Source: Planctomycetota bacterium
GTDB taxonomy: Bacteria; Planctomycetota; Phycisphaerae; SM23-33
Direction of reading: 5' to 3'
Assembly: GCA_034190305.1 (NCBI GenBank)
Contig: JAXHSV010000003.1
Span: forward strand, 1-35,780
Length of the DNA: 35,780 nucleotides
In this document: positions 34,180-35,780 of the stretch, piece by piece
Layout of the letters: each line of letters opens with the position of its first letter
Numbering within the stretch: position 1 is the stretch's first letter
Notes under the pieces: generated by a model
What the model was told of the DNA's origin: nothing
Seen by the model: only the letters and a program-made list of their open reading frames with translations
Databases searched by the model: none
Made by a program: the position numbers and the translations under genes

Positions 34180-35520
34180 TTACGAACTTCGTACGACAAC
34201 GCGAAGGCGGGTAATCTTCCGGGCGTCAGCGGCCAGGACGGAGAACTCGGCGCCGTTGGTCGAAAGCGTCTGACCTACAGGCGGGATGAAGCCCAACTCT
34301 GAAAAGACGAACCCCGCCACAGTCTCGTAGTCTTCTTCCTCCGGCAGCGACAGGCCCATTGCGTCGTTGAAGTCATCGACGTACATCCGACCATCGACCT
34401 CTGCGGTTTGCTCGTCTATCCGCTTCAACAGGGGCGATTCGGTTTGGTCGTACTCATCGGAAATGTCTCCGACAATCTCCTCGATAAGGTCCTCGATCGT
34501 AATAAGCCCTGTCGTCCCGCCGTACTCATCCAGCACTATGGCCATGTGCATCTTACGTGCCTTGAACTCGCGCAGTAAGTCGTCCAGGGGCTTTGTTTCC
34601 GGTACGAAGAAGGGCTTCCGCATGACCGACCGCAGGTCGGACTTATCCGGTTCGGTTATTGTCAACAGGTCCTTTGCGTAGAGGATGCCGACAATGTTGT
34701 CGATGTCGCCGGCGTACACCGGGATTCGCGTATGACCCGCCTGGATGACGGTCCTGCGAACCTCTTCCAGAGTGGCTTCGGCGGGTAGGGCGACGATATC
34801 GGTGCGAGGCGTAACAATCTCGCCGGCGCGGCTGTCACCGAACTCGATCACCGACTCGATCATTTCCATTTCTTCGGCATCAACCGCCCCTTCCGCCTGA
34901 GCATCGGAGGCGACCTGCAATATCTCGGCTTTGACGGCTGTCTCCATGCGAGATAGTTCGTCTTCGTCCGCACCGTTTCCGGACTGATTGTCCCGTGGGT
35001 CAGGGACGCCGCTCAGCCGGCGGACCGGTACGTCGAAGGCTCGCATCACCACCATCACCGGCCAAAGCACCCGGCGAAGCCCCAGAAGCATACCGGCTGT
35101 TATTGATAATACCTTCTCCCCGGCATAACGCGCCCAGGCATGAGGAATTGCCACAACAAAGACACTGATCAGACCAGCCGTAACGGAAACGGCAACAAGA
35201 ACCGCAACGGGCCTGCTGTCAAACCAGGAATCGAAGGCAAACAAAAGCAGCACCAGAAGCGACAGATTGCACGCCGACCGCAACAGGCCGCAAACCATCC
35301 GCAGTTCCGACAAGTGTTCGAGGAACTTGTCCAGGCGCCGGCTACGAGCGGAAAAGGCAGACTCAAGATTGTGACGGGACGGATCGCGCAGCGCCCAGGC
35401 GTTCAGCGAAAAGAAACCCGACAGGACAACCACAGCAGCAGCCGACCCGAATAACAGCACTTCCACCTCAGGAATTGCTCCATTGGTACGCGTCCGCTTT
35501 CTTTTGACCGCGCGGGACAC
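34180..35520 (-). CDS. HlyC/CorC (CNNM-CBS-CorC) family membrane protein; start uncertain, alternative 35466
   Basis: N-terminal TM helices, TPRTD, GHTRIPVY, VPETKPLDDLLREF, DEYGGTTGLITIEDLIEEIVGDISDEYD and YETVAGFV. Confidence 0.92.
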   Translation of the reverse strand: MSRAVKRKRTRTNGAIPEVEVLLFGSAAAVVVLSGFFSLNAWALRDPSRHNLESAFSARSRRLDKFLEHLSELRMVCGLLRSACNLSLLVLLLFAFDSWFDSRPVAVLVAVSVTAGLISVFVVAIPHAWARYAGEKVLSITAGMLLGLRRVLWPVMVVMRAFDVPVRRLSGVPDPRDNQSGNGADEDELSRMETAVKAEILQVASDAQAEGAVDAEEMEMIESVIEFGDSRAGEIVTPRTDIVALPAEATLEEVRRTVIQAGHTRIPVYAGDIDNIVGILYAKDLLTITEPDKSDLRSVMRKPFFVPETKPLDDLLREFKARKMHMAIVLDEYGGTTGLITIEDLIEEIVGDISDEYDQTESPLLKRIDEQTAEVDGRMYVDDFNDAMGLSLPEEEDYETVAGFVFSELGFIPPVGQTLSTNGAEFSVLAADARKITRLRVVVRSS

Positions 35521-35556
35521 TAGGCGCGCCGGGCAAACAACCCCGTCAACACGAAC

Positions 35557-35607
35557 ATTCTATCCGTTTCATCACCGTTTGACAAGGCCGCTAAACAGAT
35601 GGATATT
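35557..35607. promoter_or_regulatory. Divergent sigma70-type promoters with overlapping -35 boxes
   Basis: Minus strand TTGTCA(35585-35580)-N17-TAGAAT(35562-35557); plus strand TTGACA(35579-35584)-N17-GATATT(35602-35607). Confidence 0.5.
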
Positions 35608-35613
35608 GTCAAG

Positions 35614-35767
35614 TATTTTGTGTAAGTTCCGAAAGCGGACAAACGCAGGTTTTCGCAAAATCGGTCGAAGAGCGGACATTACAGCCCAGCCATGGCAATG
35701 GCTGGGCTGGGTCTGGCGTTATAACTTGTTCGTCATTTCTGATGCCGCCGCAAACTTACACAAAATA
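35614..35767 (+). ncRNA. Candidate structured RNA (long irregular hairpin, 6S-like shape) or structured leader
   Basis: Perfect 15-bp closing stem 35614-35628/35753-35767 and perfect 12-bp apical stem 35682-35693/35698-35709; begins about 6 nt after a predicted -10 box. Confidence 0.45.
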
Positions 35768-35780
35768 TCTTACGCTATCC

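Noticed and set aside
1-35780. tRNA, rRNA, transposase, integrase or prophage genes
   Set aside because: None recognisable on either strand by eye.

Overview
Bacterial chromosomal window, most likely Planctomycetota (Phycisphaerae-like; inferred from the MHYPH-type L34, the paralogous prepilin-like proteins and a PVC-type conserved hypothetical). It mixes intact housekeeping genes (argD, rpmH, metK, leuB, nadC, birA, hlyC/corC-family) with accessory genes: HicBA and MNT-HEPN toxin-antitoxin pairs, an MFS transporter, an enolase-superfamily enzyme, a CYTH cyclase, a heparinase II/III-like protein and two GT4 glycosyltransferases. The main system is a ~13 kb co-directional cluster (14.2-27.5 kb). 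It starts with a non-canonical c-di-GMP-I (GEMM-I)-like riboswitch, then encodes three type IV prepilin-like proteins, an unknown membrane protein, PilM/N/O/P-like proteins, a secretin and a TPR lipoprotein, and ends with a PAS histidine kinase, a stand-alone receiver and a GAF/HD-GYP phosphodiesterase. The cluster has no ATPase, platform protein or prepilin peptidase. Other signals: three single-base frameshifts confined to accessory genes, an 84-bp inverted gene piece at the window start, two tandem MITE-like elements, 7- and 9-bp tandem repeats (some inside coding sequence), a small Cys-rich orphan protein, and a promoter-preceded ~155-nt structured RNA candidate at the window end. All calls come from reading the sequence; no database searches were run.
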